This document shows, in pieces, positions 27,020-37,525 of a stretch of DNA of 64,000 nucleotides. Below the pieces are notes generated by a model. The model was not told the origin of the DNA, did not search any database, and saw nothing but the letters and a program-made list of their open reading frames with translations. Source of the stretch: Flavihumibacter sp. (GTDB lineage: Bacteria; Bacteroidota; Bacteroidia; Chitinophagales; Chitinophagaceae); the NCBI GenBank assembly GCA_033761915.1, contig JANRMC010000200.1, positions 1,007 to 65,006 of the forward strand. Direction: 5' to 3'. A program made the position numbers and the translations under genes. Position 1 is the stretch's first letter; each line of letters starts with the position of its first letter.

Positions 27020-27704
27020 TTGTCAATTGTTTCTCTTCCAGTATACGGGTTCGGATGCGCAGGGTGGTAATCCATAAACCTAACAAGGTCCAGCCGGGCA
27101 CGGCTGCGGGCCAAAAAATCATACGCATGCGGCTGTCTATATCTTTTGTATTAAAAGCCGGGTTACCCATGCCACCGGGGTGTAAACTTTCTACCAATCT
27201 GGGTATTACCCATATTGCAGGTATTAACAAAAAGAAGGCAAAAATATTGTACACGGCGCCAATGCGTGCCCGTTTATCCAAATCGGGTAAAGAATTACGC
27301 AGTACCAGGTAGGCCAGGTATATTAAAATTGATATGGCAGCACCTATCTGTTTTATATCGTTGCTCCAGGGTTTGCCCCAGGTATAATTGGCCCAAACAG
27401 CCCCGGTAACAATACCTAAAATACCAAACAAAATTCCTGAGTTGGCAAACTCAACCGCATACCAATCGTGTTTCAGGTTATTACTTCTTAAAAATTTGAT
27501 GGAGTAAACTAAAGATACAATGAAGAAAATCATCATAGCAAACCACATAGCCACATGAAAATACAGGTTGCGTATGGTTTCATTTAAAATCGGCTTAACA
27601 GGAACAGTTCCTAAAAAACCGGCAATAAGCGTGTAAGAAAGTAACAGTACACTTAATATTTTCCACCAGGACTGGCGCATAGATTGTATTTCGTTACAAA
27701 GCAT
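27012..27704 (-). CDS. ccmC: heme-handling protein, CcmC/CcsA family
   Basis: 230 aa with six TM segments and a Trp-rich motif (WANYTWGKPWSNDIKQ). The true start may be the downstream Met (MRQSWWK, 27680). Confidence 0.82.
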   Translation of the reverse strand: MLCNEIQSMRQSWWKILSVLLLSYTLIAGFLGTVPVKPILNETIRNLYFHVAMWFAMMIFFIVSLVYSIKFLRSNNLKHDWYAVEFANSGILFGILGIVTGAVWANYTWGKPWSNDIKQIGAAISILIYLAYLVLRNSLPDLDKRARIGAVYNIFAFFLLIPAIWVIPRLVESLHPGGMGNPAFNTKDIDSRMRMIFWPAAVPGWTLLGLWITTLRIRTRILEEKQLTND

Positions 27705-27743
27705 TTACGATGCTGGTAGCTTACTACTGCCGTAAACGGGTGC
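27705..27743. repeat. outer-arm fragment of the palindromic element family (PE-8)
   Basis: ACGATGCTGGTAGCTTACTACTGCCGTAAACGGGTGCAC resembles the ACGATGCTG..TAnTAGnATTACTGCCG outer arm. It lies directly upstream of the tracked ccmC start. Confidence 0.4.
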
Positions 27744-27857
27744 ACAAAAATAGGGGAAACAGCGACAATAAAAAATTTGTGGATGCAGCCGGCACTCTTA
27801 ATAAAAACTTATAAAAATAATTTTCTGCTGTAATATGAAGTTTTTAAGAAGTACGCC

Positions 27858-28517
27858 TTAATCTTTCCAAAGAAACGGAAACAAAATAATGGCTAAAGCC
27901 ACCACCAGCACATCAAAACCAACCAATAGCAAAACCATTTGTGCTAAGCCGGCCTGTATAACATCAGAAAAAGCAATATTGCTCAGCTTCATTAAAAGCA
28001 GCAATTGTGGTATTACCAGCGGAAAACCCATAATAGCCATAAGCGCTGCATTCTGTTGTGCTCTTGCAGCAATGGCAGAAAGAAATGTAAATACAAGGCT
28101 TAGCCCCAAGCCACCCAGGCTGGCAATGCCTGCAAACTTCCAGGGGCTTTGCAAAGGGTTTTCAAAAAATAAAAAAAAGAGCAGCATGCTGGTGCCGGTC
28201 ATTAACAGCATGAGCAATGCATTAAACAGCAGCTTTGAAAGAATAAAAGCTTTGGGGCCTGCTATTGAATAGAAATAGAGCATGCGTCCACGGCTTTCCT
28301 GTAAAAAGCTTTTGGCTACAGCATTTACACAAACAAAAAGCTGTATCATCCAGAAAAGGCCGTTCCACACCACATCTTCCGGCGAACCCATGGCCAGATA
28401 CAATACAAATATGGTGGAGGCTACATACAGCACAATGCCATAAAAACTGTATTGCTGGCGTATTTCCAGCAGCAGGTCTTTTTTAAAAAGGGCAATGATG
28501 TGTTTGTAAGTGCTCAA
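27858..28517 (-). CDS. ccmB: heme exporter protein CcmB-like ABC permease
   Basis: 219 aa with six TM segments and the CcmB-like N-terminus LFKKDLLLEIRQQYSFYGIVLYV. Confidence 0.78.
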   Translation of the reverse strand: MSTYKHIIALFKKDLLLEIRQQYSFYGIVLYVASTIFVLYLAMGSPEDVVWNGLFWMIQLFVCVNAVAKSFLQESRGRMLYFYSIAGPKAFILSKLLFNALLMLLMTGTSMLLFFLFFENPLQSPWKFAGIASLGGLGLSLVFTFLSAIAARAQQNAALMAIMGFPLVIPQLLLLMKLSNIAFSDVIQAGLAQMVLLLVGFDVLVVALAIILFPFLWKD

Positions 28518-28533
28518 AATAAAAATAGTTTTT

Positions 28534-28640
28534 GTTTACCGGAGCGTTGCTGTTAAAGGGTGCCCCGAAAGCTTGGCTCAAATCTTATCGGGGTTTTCAA
28601 CGAGCAACGGTGTTAAATAGCATTACTGTCGCTGGGTACC
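28534..28640. repeat. palindromic element PE-9 (GC-hairpin variant, complete)
   Basis: GTTTACCGGAGCGTTGCTGTTAAAGGG-TGCCCCGA..ATCGGGG-TTTTCAACGAGCAACGGTGTTAAATAGCATTACTGTCGCTGGGTACC. It ends 2 nt before the tdk stop codon. Confidence 0.65.
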
Positions 28641-28642
28641 TC

Positions 28643-29212
28643 TTAATCTTTTTTTTGATAGCAATAGCGGCATCTTGGTTCGTAATGGTCTTTTTCGCCC
28701 AGCATTACCTGTGCTTCGTTGTTTGATTTGCGATAAGAATAATTAGCAATATGCCCGCATTGCACACAAATGGCATGCAACTTGGTTATATAGTCTGCTT
28801 TGGCCAGCAAAAAGGGCATTTGCCCAAAAGGCTTGGCCAGGTAATCCATATCCAACCCCGCAATTATTACACGGGTGCCACGCAGGGCCAATTGTTCGCA
28901 TACATCGGGCAACTGGTCATCAAAAAACTGGGCTTCGTCAATACCCACCACATCTACACCGCTGGCCATTAATAATATGGTTTGAGAATTATCAATAGGG
29001 GTGGAGATGATGGCATTTTCATCGTGCGATACAATTTTTTGTTCATCATATCGCACATCAATGGCGGGTTTAAATATTTCAACTTTCAGGTTGGCAATAC
29101 GGGCTCTTTTTAACCGGCGGATGAGTTCTTCGGTCTTTCCGCTGAACATAGAACCGCAGATAACTTCAATCCAGCCACGCCGCTCGCCTGAAAGATGGGG
29201 TTCAATAAACAT
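28643..29212 (-). CDS. tdk: thymidine kinase
   Basis: 189 aa with a P-loop ([14 protein letters not shown]), [10 protein letters not shown] and a zinc ribbon (CVQCG...CRYC). Confidence 0.95.
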   Translation of the reverse strand: MFIEPHLSGERRGWIEVICGSMFSGKTEELIRRLKRARIANLKVEIFKPAIDVRYDEQKIVSHDENAIISTPIDNSQTILLMASGVDVVGIDEAQFFDDQLPDVCEQLALRGTRVIIAGLDMDYLAKPFGQMPFLLAKADYITKLHAICVQCGHIANYSYRKSNNEAQVMLGEKDHYEPRCRYCYQKKD

Positions 29213-29282
29213 GGTTTAACACTATTAGCTGAAAATAATGGTTACTTTTATAACGGGTTTTAATTACCCAAAGTACTAAAAC

Positions 29283-29930
29283 ATGGAAAGAGTTAAAGCA
29301 CTGATTACAAAATTGCAGGAACAAACTGCACAGGGTGCAGATGCTGCTGTCTTATTAATGACCGTACAGTTATTACAATCAGAATTACAATTAGTAACCG
29401 CTGCTGCTGGTAACCGCATGGGCACGGCAAAAGTAGCGGTTGTTTTGCCTGCTTCCAACAACATTAAAACACCCCCGGCAGCTGCAGAAAAAAAAATGCC
29501 CGAAACGGCACCGGTTGTTAAAGACCCCATGCCTGCTAACTTTGCCCATCAAATTATAGCCAGCGAAGTACCCACACTTGCACAGCAAACCAGCAGTAAA
29601 GAAATAAATGATGTTATTGGCCGCAGCGATGCATCGTTAAACGACCGCTTAAAAACGGCCACCACCGAAGTAGCACATAAATTAACCAGCACACCTATAA
29701 AAGATCTTAAAAAAGCCATTGGCATTAACGACCGCTTTGTATTTATGAGTGAATTGTTCAGAAACGATGAAGCCATGTATGAGCGCAGCCTTAAAACCAT
29801 CAATAATTTTTCGGTGTATGAAGAGGCCGCTTTTTGGATGGACCGTGAGCTGAAACTAAAACTGGGCTGGGATGATAGTAAAGAATTGGTACAACAATTT
29901 TACCTGCTGGTAAGAAGACGTTTTTCCTGA
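29283..29930 (+). CDS. conserved hypothetical protein
   Basis: 215 aa with a Pro/Ala-rich middle and a C-terminal DLKKAIGINDRFVFMSELFRNDEAMYERSLKTINNF module. Its 3' end overlaps the convergent waaA by 31 nt. Confidence 0.6.
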   Translation: MERVKALITKLQEQTAQGADAAVLLMTVQLLQSELQLVTAAAGNRMGTAKVAVVLPASNNIKTPPAAAEKKMPETAPVVKDPMPANFAHQIIASEVPTLAQQTSSKEINDVIGRSDASLNDRLKTATTEVAHKLTSTPIKDLKKAIGINDRFVFMSELFRNDEAMYERSLKTINNFSVYEEAAFWMDRELKLKLGWDDSKELVQQFYLLVRRRFS

Positions 29931-31156
29931 ATGTAATTTAGTATAGCCGCCGTAGCACCGGTGTTTTCTTTTACATAATTGCCTGCTGCCTGTGCTGCTG
30001 CCTGGTATGCCATTTGATTACTTAATAATTGCTGCAATACGTTTTCTGCTTCCAATGCATTTTCTATGGTAAAAGCGCCACCGGCTTCCACCATGTCAAC
30101 AGCTTCGTAATGCTTTTCATAATTAGGGCCAAACAATACCGGCTTATAATAAACCGCCGCTTCTAAAATATTATGCAACCCATCATCGCCAAAGCCGCCA
30201 CCTACATAAGCAATGGTGGCATAACGGTAAAGTTTGCTGAGCATGCCAATATTATCAATTATTAAGGTGTTGGCATTTGTTGCCGCACCACTGTAAGCAG
30301 AAAGACGGATACTGTTTTTAAAAAGGGGCAATATTTCTTTCATCCGCTCTTCGCCAATTTCATGCGGGGCAATAATAAATTTCAGTTCGGGGTGGGTATT
30401 GGCAAAATGATCCAGCTCTTCCTCATCTTCCAGCCAGGTGCTGCCAGCTACAATAACGGGTGCGTTGCCAATAAAACTTTCAATAAGCGCTAATGGTTCA
30501 AAAGATTGGGCAATGGCGGTAACCCGGTCAAATCTTGTATCTCCACTTACTGCCACATTTTTTGTAAAGCCAATACTGTTTACCAGTTCTTTTGAAACCA
30601 GTGTTTGTACAAATAGCTGTTCAAAACAACCCAGCATGTGGCGATGCAAACGGCCATACCACTTAAAAAAGGGCTGTGAAGGCCTGAATAAGCCAGCAAC
30701 AAGCAGGGCGGGTATATTTCTTTTTTTAAGGGTGTTGAGGTAATGATACCAATATTCATACTTCACCCAAAGCACCAGGTTGGGTTGTATGATATCTAAG
30801 AAGGCTGCCGCATTTTTAGCACTGTCTGCCGGCAGGTAAAACACTGCATCAGCACCTTTATAATTTTTTCTTATTTCATAACCAGAGGGAGAAAAAAAAG
30901 TGAGTACAATGCGGCATTGCGGGTGTTGTTTTTTTAATGCTTCCAGCACGGGCCGGCCCTGTTCAAATTCTCCTAAAGAAGCGCTGTGCATCCAAATGGT
31001 AAAATTGCTTTGTGTATTGCTCCAGGTGGCGGCAATATGCGGCAACAGGTTTTTACGGCCTTGCACCCAAAGTGCTGCCTTTGTGTTCCAGGGGGCCAGG
31101 CAACGGGCTGCTATGCCGTATAACCAAACAAATATTTTATACAGTAATAAATGCAT
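29900..31156 (-). CDS. waaA: 3-deoxy-D-manno-octulosonic acid (Kdo) transferase
   Basis: 418 aa of GT30 type (WMHSASLGEFEQGRPVLEALK, VGGGFGDDGLHNILEAAVY). Confidence 0.88.
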   Translation of the reverse strand: MHLLLYKIFVWLYGIAARCLAPWNTKAALWVQGRKNLLPHIAATWSNTQSNFTIWMHSASLGEFEQGRPVLEALKKQHPQCRIVLTFFSPSGYEIRKNYKGADAVFYLPADSAKNAAAFLDIIQPNLVLWVKYEYWYHYLNTLKKRNIPALLVAGLFRPSQPFFKWYGRLHRHMLGCFEQLFVQTLVSKELVNSIGFTKNVAVSGDTRFDRVTAIAQSFEPLALIESFIGNAPVIVAGSTWLEDEEELDHFANTHPELKFIIAPHEIGEERMKEILPLFKNSIRLSAYSGAATNANTLIIDNIGMLSKLYRYATIAYVGGGFGDDGLHNILEAAVYYKPVLFGPNYEKHYEAVDMVEAGGAFTIENALEAENVLQQLLSNQMAYQAAAQAAGNYVKENTGATAAILNYIQEKRLLTSR

Positions 31157-31166
31157 GTGTTTTTTT

Positions 31167-31326
31167 GTAGTCAGCTACAGTACCTTAATCAGCTTCTGTT
31201 GCGTCGCACACTTCAGCTACAGAATTTTTGATTTGACATTTTTAATTTCAAATCAGAAACATCAAATCTCAAATGCTGAAGGGTGCGACGCAACGGCTGT
31301 TTATTAGCATTACTGCCGCCGGGCTC
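31167..31326. repeat. palindromic element PE-10 (complete, TTCAGC subtype; near-twin of PE-4)
   Basis: CTGTTGCGTCGCACACTTCAGC (31196-31217) and GCTGAAGGGTGCGACGCAACGGCTG (31275-31299), then TTATTAGCATTACTGCCGCCGGGCTC. The loop is almost identical to that of PE-4. Confidence 0.9.
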
Positions 31327-31415
31327 AAAAATAAAGCTTTGCAAAGAAACGGGTTACCAACGAGTTAATAATTGGGTATTTTCAAAATACCACTTTCAGC
31401 CTATGCTTATTTTAC

Positions 31416-31423
31416 TATTTTTG
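31416..31423 (+). promoter_or_regulatory. Bacteroidota -7 box (TAnnTTTG) upstream of the DegT-type gene
   Basis: TATTTTTG lies 19 nt before ATG 31443. Confidence 0.35.
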
Positions 31424-31442
31424 CCGCCGAAATAATATCCAT

Positions 31443-32570
31443 ATGCGCCCCATACAAATGGTTGATCTGAAAAAGCAGTACCACAACATTAAAGATGAGG
31501 TTGATAAAGCGGTTTTAGAGGTATTAGAAAGCTCAGCATTTATTAATGGTAAACCGGTTCAGGATTTTGCCCTTCAGCTTTCTTCTTACTTAGGCGTTAA
31601 ACACGTTATACCCTGTGCCAATGGTACCGATGCCCTGCAAATAGCCATGATGGCGTTGGGCTTAGAGCCCGGCGATGAAGTAATTACCCCTTCTTTTACT
31701 TATATAGCCACAACAGAAGTAATTGCTCTGCTGCGTTTGAAGCCGGTATTTGTAGAAGTGGATGCCAAAACTTTTTGTATAGCCCCCGAGGCTATTAAAA
31801 AAGCCATTACCCCAAAAACAAAAGCAATTGTGCCAGTGCATTTATACGGCCATGTTTGCCAGATGGAAGAGATAATGGCTATTGCCAAGGAGCACCAGTT
31901 ATATGTAATTGAAGACAATGCCCAGGCCATAGGAGCCGATTATTTTTATGCGGATGGCAGCAAAAAAAAGACGGGTAGTATTGGTACGATAGGCGCCACG
32001 TCGTTTTTCCCATCAAAAAATTTGGGATGTTACGGTGATGGTGGTGCAATATTTACCAATGATGATGCGTTAGCTAGTCAGCTGAAAATGGTTGCTAATC
32101 ATGGCCAAAGCAAGCGTTACTACCACGATGTAGTAGGTTGCAACAGCCGGTTAGATACCATACAGGCGGCAGTATTAAATGTAAAATTGAGAAAGCTGGA
32201 TGCTTATATTGCTGCAAGAAGAAGCGTGGCCGATTATTATGACAAGGCATTTGCCAATCATCCTAAAATAACCACTCCCTTCCGTGCAGCATACGGCACA
32301 CATGTATTTCACCAATACACATTATTGCTTGAAGGGGTGGATAGAGACGGCCTGAATCAATACCTGGCCGATAAGCAGATACCTTCAATGATTTATTACC
32401 CGGTTCCGGCACATCGTCAGAAAATGTTTGCTGCATTGGGTGGGGCCAACTACAAGTTAGCCACTACCGATTGGTTAACAGAAAGGGTTATTTCATTGCC
32501 AATACATACTGAAATGGAGACAGAACAGTTAGAGTATATCACAAAAAATGTTTTAGACTATATCAATTAA
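31443..32570 (+). CDS. DegT/DnrJ/EryC1/StrS-family PLP-dependent sugar aminotransferase
   Basis: 375 aa with CANGTDALQIAMMALG, the ATSFFPSKNLGCYGDGGAIFT PLP-Lys region and NSRLDTIQAAVL. Confidence 0.9.
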   Translation: MRPIQMVDLKKQYHNIKDEVDKAVLEVLESSAFINGKPVQDFALQLSSYLGVKHVIPCANGTDALQIAMMALGLEPGDEVITPSFTYIATTEVIALLRLKPVFVEVDAKTFCIAPEAIKKAITPKTKAIVPVHLYGHVCQMEEIMAIAKEHQLYVIEDNAQAIGADYFYADGSKKKTGSIGTIGATSFFPSKNLGCYGDGGAIFTNDDALASQLKMVANHGQSKRYYHDVVGCNSRLDTIQAAVLNVKLRKLDAYIAARRSVADYYDKAFANHPKITTPFRAAYGTHVFHQYTLLLEGVDRDGLNQYLADKQIPSMIYYPVPAHRQKMFAALGGANYKLATTDWLTERVISLPIHTEMETEQLEYITKNVLDYIN

Positions 32571-32601
32571 ATCTTAACCACAAAAAAATCCCCCAGACCA
32601 A

Positions 32602-33936
32602 ATGAAAATTGCAGTAGTTGGTACCGGTTACGTAGGTTTAGTAACAGGTACCTGTTTCGCAGAAACAGGAAATGATGTAACCTGTGTAGATATTGATAAG
32701 AGTAAAGTTGAAAAACTGTCCAACGGGCAAATAACCATTTATGAGCCTGGTTTGGAAAAACTCTTCATCCGTAACCTCAGGGAAGAACGTTTACGTTTTA
32801 CCACTTCTTTGGAAGAAGGGATAAAAGATGCCGCTATTGTATTTCTGGCATTACCCACTCCTCCGGGAGAGGATGGCTCTGCAGACCTGAAATATATTTT
32901 AGGTGTGGCCGACCATCTTGGTAAAATAATGACCGATTATAAAGTGATTGTAGATAAAAGTACAGTACCCGTAGGCACTGCAGAAAAAGTACATGCTGCT
33001 ATTTCAAAAAATGCAAAAACAGATTTTGATGTAGTGTCTAATCCGGAGTTTTTAAGGGAAGGTGTAGCCGTAGATGATTTTATGAAACCCGACCGTGTGG
33101 TAATTGGTACCAGTTCTGAAAGAGCCCGTAAAGTGATGGGAGACCTGTACAATCCGTTTGTACGCCAGGGCAACCCTATAATTTTTATGGATGAGCGTTC
33201 TGCAGAATTAACCAAGTATGCCGCCAACTCTTTTCTGGCTACCAAAATTACTTTTATGAATGAAGTGGCCCTGCTTTGCGAAAAGTTGGGTGCAGATGTG
33301 GATATGGTACGTCGTGGTATTGGCAGTGATGAGCGTATTGGCAAACGCTTCCTGTTTCCCGGCATTGGTTACGGCGGCAGTTGTTTTCCCAAAGATGTGC
33401 AGGCATTGGTAAAATCATCTGAAGAAGTTAATTACGAGTTTAAAATATTAAACGCAGTAATGGATATTAATGAAAAACAGAAACTGCATTTAATACCCAA
33501 GATTAAAAACTTCTTTAACAACGACCTGAAGGGGAAGAAGTTTGCGCTGTGGGGGCTGGCATTTAAACCCAATACAGATGATATACGCGAAGCTCCGGCC
33601 TTATATATGATTGATGCGTTAACCGCAGCAGGAGCCTCATTAAGTGTGTTTGACCCCGAAGCCATGGCCAATGTAAAAGGTGTGATAGGCGATAAAGTGC
33701 ATTATGCAGAAAACCAGTATGAAACATTAGAAGGAGCCGATGCATTGATTATTGCCACAGAATGGAACGAGTTTAGAACACCTAATTTTTTAAGAATGGT
33801 TACTACTTTAAAGAATAAAGTAATTTTTGATGGTCGTAACCTGTTTGATGTAAACGCTATTAAAGAACTGGGATTTTATTACGAAAGTGTAGGCCGTGCC
33901 ACCGCCGTGCCTGCTAACGGAAATCATACAAAATAA
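32602..33936 (+). CDS. ugd: UDP-glucose 6-dehydrogenase
   Basis: 444 aa with [16 protein letters not shown], the catalytic Cys region ([11 protein letters not shown]) and [18 protein letters not shown]. Confidence 0.93.
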   Translation: MKIAVVGTGYVGLVTGTCFAETGNDVTCVDIDKSKVEKLSNGQITIYEPGLEKLFIRNLREERLRFTTSLEEGIKDAAIVFLALPTPPGEDGSADLKYILGVADHLGKIMTDYKVIVDKSTVPVGTAEKVHAAISKNAKTDFDVVSNPEFLREGVAVDDFMKPDRVVIGTSSERARKVMGDLYNPFVRQGNPIIFMDERSAELTKYAANSFLATKITFMNEVALLCEKLGADVDMVRRGIGSDERIGKRFLFPGIGYGGSCFPKDVQALVKSSEEVNYEFKILNAVMDINEKQKLHLIPKIKNFFNNDLKGKKFALWGLAFKPNTDDIREAPALYMIDALTAAGASLSVFDPEAMANVKGVIGDKVHYAENQYETLEGADALIIATEWNEFRTPNFLRMVTTLKNKVIFDGRNLFDVNAIKELGFYYESVGRATAVPANGNHTK

Positions 33937-33946
33937 CAATGCAATA

Positions 33947-34930
33947 ATGAGCAGAGAAAGAGTATTAATAACCGGCGCTGCCGGTTTTTTAGGTTCACAC
34001 TTGTGTGACCGCTTTATAAAAGAAGGCTATCATGTAATTGGCATGGATAACCTGATAACAGGCGATTTGAAAAATATTGAACACCTGTTTAAGCTGGAGC
34101 AATTTGAGTTTTATAATCACGATATTACCAAGTTCATTCACATACCCGGCGAGCTGAAATATATTTTACATTTTGCATCGCCAGCCAGCCCCATTGACTA
34201 TTTAAAAATTCCCATACAAACCTTAAAAGTAGGCGCACATGGCACGCACAATTGCCTGGGTTTAGCCAAAGCAAAAAATGCCCGCATACTCGTGGCCTCT
34301 ACTTCAGAAGTGTATGGAGACCCATTGGTGCATCCGCAAACAGAAGAATATTGGGGTAATGTAAATCCGGTTGGTCCACGAGGCGTGTATGATGAGGCAA
34401 AGCGTTATATGGAATCTATCACCATGGCCTATCATACCTTTCATGGTGTTGAAACCAGAATCATACGCATATTTAATACCTATGGCCCGCGTATGCGATT
34501 GAATGATGGTCGTGCATTGCCCGCCTTTATTGGTCAGGCGTTGCGGGGTGAGGATTTAACCGTTTTTGGCGATGGCAGCCAAACCCGCAGTTTCTGCTAT
34601 GTGGCCGATCTGGTGGAAGGTATTTACCGCTTGTTGCTGAGCGATTATCATTTGCCGGTAAATATTGGTAACCCCGATGAAATTTCATTAAAAGACTTTG
34701 CAGAAGAAATTATTAAGCTAACCGGCACCACGCAAAAAATTGTGTACAAGCCCCTGCCTAAAGATGATCCGAAGCAACGCAAACCAGATATTACAAAAGC
34801 AAAACAAATTTTAGGCTGGCAACCCACCGTGCACCGTAGCGAAGGCGTGAAAGTAACGTATGAATATTTCAAATCGTTACCACAAGAAGAGTGGATTAAA
34901 CAACCCAAAGAATTTGTGAGTATAAAATAA
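33947..34930 (+). CDS. uxs: UDP-glucuronate decarboxylase (UDP-xylose synthase family SDR)
   Basis: ORF track 33896..34930, with ATG at 33947 ([22 protein letters not shown]). The catalytic YDEAKR and the [10 protein letters not shown] motif are typical of UXS. Confidence 0.88.
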   Translation: MSRERVLITGAAGFLGSHLCDRFIKEGYHVIGMDNLITGDLKNIEHLFKLEQFEFYNHDITKFIHIPGELKYILHFASPASPIDYLKIPIQTLKVGAHGTHNCLGLAKAKNARILVASTSEVYGDPLVHPQTEEYWGNVNPVGPRGVYDEAKRYMESITMAYHTFHGVETRIIRIFNTYGPRMRLNDGRALPAFIGQALRGEDLTVFGDGSQTRSFCYVADLVEGIYRLLLSDYHLPVNIGNPDEISLKDFAEEIIKLTGTTQKIVYKPLPKDDPKQRKPDITKAKQILGWQPTVHRSEGVKVTYEYFKSLPQEEWIKQPKEFVSIK

Positions 34931-35084
34931 CCAGCAGGAGCCCGGCAGTAGTAATACTATCGGGCTTTTGTTGCGTCGCACTCTTGTACATTTGTAATTA
35001 ACGCAGCCCGGTGCCGCATAGCATTACTGCCGTAAAAGTGAGTGACACAACGATGCTGAATAAAGATATAAAGTCCGTAACCCC
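34928..35084. repeat. palindromic element PE-11 (complete, TTGTAC subtype, right arm mutated)
   Basis: TAACCAGCAGGAGCCCGGCAGTAGTAATAC...GTTGCGTCGCACTCTTGTAC (34970-34989) and GTAAAAGTGAGTGACACAACGATGCTG (35032-35058)...CCGTAACCCC. The uxs stop codon TAA is the first 3 nt of the outer arm. Confidence 0.8.
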
Positions 35085-35134
35085 ATTTATAAAACTGCTT
35101 AAAACGTTTATCAACCTTTTAATTAAAAAAAAGA

Positions 35135-36415
35135 ATGTATCAGGAACTTGTTGAGAAAAAAGCCAAACTAGCTGTTATAGGATTAGGGTATGTAGGTTTA
35201 CCCATTGCTTTAGAGTTTGCAAAAAAGATTTCAGTAATTGGGTTTGATATTAATGCCAAGCGTGTGGAGATGATGAATAACGGCATTGACCCCAGTAAAG
35301 AAGTAGACCGCGAAGAATTTAAAGGAAGAGATATTGTTTTTACCAATGATATGGGGGTGTTGCGGGAAGCACAATTTTTTATTGTGGCTGTGCCCACACC
35401 AGTAGATAAATACAATGTGCCCGATTTAAAACCATTAATTGGCGCATCAGAAACGGTAGGCAAGGTGTTAAAAAAAGGCGATTATGTGGTGTATGAATCT
35501 ACCACCTACCCCGGTTGCACAGAAGAAGATTGTTTACCGGTGCTGGAGCGTTTCTCTGGTTTGAAAATGGGCGATGATTTTAAATTAGGTTATTCGCCAG
35601 AGCGCATTAACCCGGGCGATAAAGTGCATACTTTAAAAACAGTGGTAAAAGTAGTTTCTGGCTGCGATGCCACATCGTTGGAGGAAATTGCTAAAACGTA
35701 TGAACTGGTGGTGGATGCTGGTGTGCACCGGGCACCTACTATTAAAGTGGCAGAAGCCAGTAAAATTGTAGAAAACACCCAGCGGGATTTGAATATTGCG
35801 CTGATGAATGAACTGTCTTTGATTTTTGACCGCATGGGTGTAAACACTTTTGATGTAATTGAAGCGGCAGGCACCAAGTGGAACTTTTTAAAGTTTCAGC
35901 CGGGTTTGGTAGGGGGGCATTGTATTGGTGTTGACCCTTACTATCTTACTTATAAAGCAGCTTCTTTAGGATACGATTCTAAAGTAATTACGGCCAGCCG
36001 TTTTATTAATGATGATATGGCCCGTTATGTGGCCCGTACTATTATAACCCATGTGCTGCGTAATTCTAACGAGCCTAAGATTTTAGTGAAAGGTGTAACC
36101 TTTAAAGAAAATGTAAGTGATATACGCAACTCAAAAATTGTAGATACAGTAAAAGAGCTGCTGGCCTTTAATATTCATATAGATATTGAAGACCCGTTTG
36201 CAGAAGCAGAAGAAGTGCATGAAGAGTATGGCCTGCACCTGTCTAAAAAAACAGATAAGGATTATGATGCCGTAATTGTAACCGTGCCGCACAAACCTTA
36301 TGTTGGGTTAGATGATGCCTGGTTTGCCAGCGTTACCAAACCCAAGGCTTTAATTGTAGACCTGAAGGGAATTTATAAAGGAAAGATAACGAGCCGCAAA
36401 TACTGGAGCTTGTAA
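35135..36415 (+). CDS. nucleotide-sugar dehydrogenase (TviB/WbpO-like UDP-N-acetylhexosamine 6-dehydrogenase)
   Basis: 426 aa with KLAVIGLGYVGLPIALEFA, the catalytic Cys (GLVGGHCIGVDPYY) and FKENVSDIRNS. Confidence 0.85.
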   Translation: MYQELVEKKAKLAVIGLGYVGLPIALEFAKKISVIGFDINAKRVEMMNNGIDPSKEVDREEFKGRDIVFTNDMGVLREAQFFIVAVPTPVDKYNVPDLKPLIGASETVGKVLKKGDYVVYESTTYPGCTEEDCLPVLERFSGLKMGDDFKLGYSPERINPGDKVHTLKTVVKVVSGCDATSLEEIAKTYELVVDAGVHRAPTIKVAEASKIVENTQRDLNIALMNELSLIFDRMGVNTFDVIEAAGTKWNFLKFQPGLVGGHCIGVDPYYLTYKAASLGYDSKVITASRFINDDMARYVARTIITHVLRNSNEPKILVKGVTFKENVSDIRNSKIVDTVKELLAFNIHIDIEDPFAEAEEVHEEYGLHLSKKTDKDYDAVIVTVPHKPYVGLDDAWFASVTKPKALIVDLKGIYKGKITSRKYWSL

Positions 36416-36453
36416 TTTTGTAAGAACAATTCGTAAAACCTCATTCTTTGCAA

Positions 36454-37509
36454 ATGAATAAAACATTTTTAATAACCGGAGGCGCCGGCTTTATTGGCAG
36501 CCATGTGGTGCGGTTGTTTGTAAACAAATATCCTGCTTACAAAATTGTAAATATGGATGCCCTTACCTATGCAGGTAATTTAGAAAACCTGAAAGATGTG
36601 GAAGGTGCAGCTAATTATGTTTTTGAAAAAGGAGATATTACCGATGAGCAGTGTGTAAATGCACTGTTTGAAAAATACCAGTTTGATGCCGTAATACACC
36701 TGGCTGCAGAAAGCCATGTAGACCGGAGCATTCTGGACCCTTTATCATTTGTAAAAACAAATGTTATTGGAACGGTTACTTTATTAAATGCCTGCAAAAA
36801 CTACTGGAAAGCGGCTATGGAAGGCAAACGCTTCTACCATGTATCAACCGATGAAGTGTATGGTACGTTGGGTGAAACTGGTTTTTTTACAGAAGAAACG
36901 CCGTATGATCCGCATTCTCCTTACTCTGCATCTAAAGCTGCATCAGATCATTTTGTAATGGCCTATCACGATACTTATGGCTTGCCGGTGGTAATGAGCA
37001 ATTGTTCTAATAACTACGGCTCGCACCATTTTCCGGAAAAGCTGATTCCGTTAATGATTAATAATATAAAAAACAGCAAACCATTGCCAGTCTATGGCAA
37101 GGGTGAAAATGTAAGAGATTGGCTGTTTGTAGAAGACCATGCACGTGCTATTGATACTATTTTTCATAACGGTAAAAATGGAGAAAGCTATAATGTGGGT
37201 GGGTTTAATGAGTGGAAGAATATAGACCTGGTGCACCTGCTGTGCAGCATTATGGATAAAAAATTAAACCGTGCTGCCGGAGAATCAGCCCAATTGATTA
37301 CGTACGTTACAGACCGGCCCGGCCACGATTTACGCTATGCCATTGATGCCACCAAGCTAAATAAAGAACTGGGCTGGAGCCCTTCTTTACAATTTGAAGA
37401 AGGCCTGGAAAAAACAGTAGACTGGTACCTGACCAATGAAGAGTGGATTAAGCATGTAACCAGTGGCGATTACCAGAAATATTATCAACAACAATACGCT
37501 AAGGCGTAA
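36454..37509 (+). CDS. rfbB: dTDP-glucose 4,6-dehydratase
   Basis: ORF track 36448..37509 (TTG), with ATG at 36454 (MNKTFLITGGAGFIGSH). It has YSASKAASDH and DRPGHDLRYAID. Confidence 0.94.
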   Translation: MNKTFLITGGAGFIGSHVVRLFVNKYPAYKIVNMDALTYAGNLENLKDVEGAANYVFEKGDITDEQCVNALFEKYQFDAVIHLAAESHVDRSILDPLSFVKTNVIGTVTLLNACKNYWKAAMEGKRFYHVSTDEVYGTLGETGFFTEETPYDPHSPYSASKAASDHFVMAYHDTYGLPVVMSNCSNNYGSHHFPEKLIPLMINNIKNSKPLPVYGKGENVRDWLFVEDHARAIDTIFHNGKNGESYNVGGFNEWKNIDLVHLLCSIMDKKLNRAAGESAQLITYVTDRPGHDLRYAIDATKLNKELGWSPSLQFEEGLEKTVDWYLTNEEWIKHVTSGDYQKYYQQQYAKA

Positions 37510-37525
37510 TACTAATTTTAAGATC

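Noticed and set aside
29900-29930. 31-nt convergent overlap of the hypothetical gene and waaA, as a regulatory antisense arrangement
   Set aside because: Short 3'-3' overlaps are common in compact genomes, and I see no additional structure or motif here.
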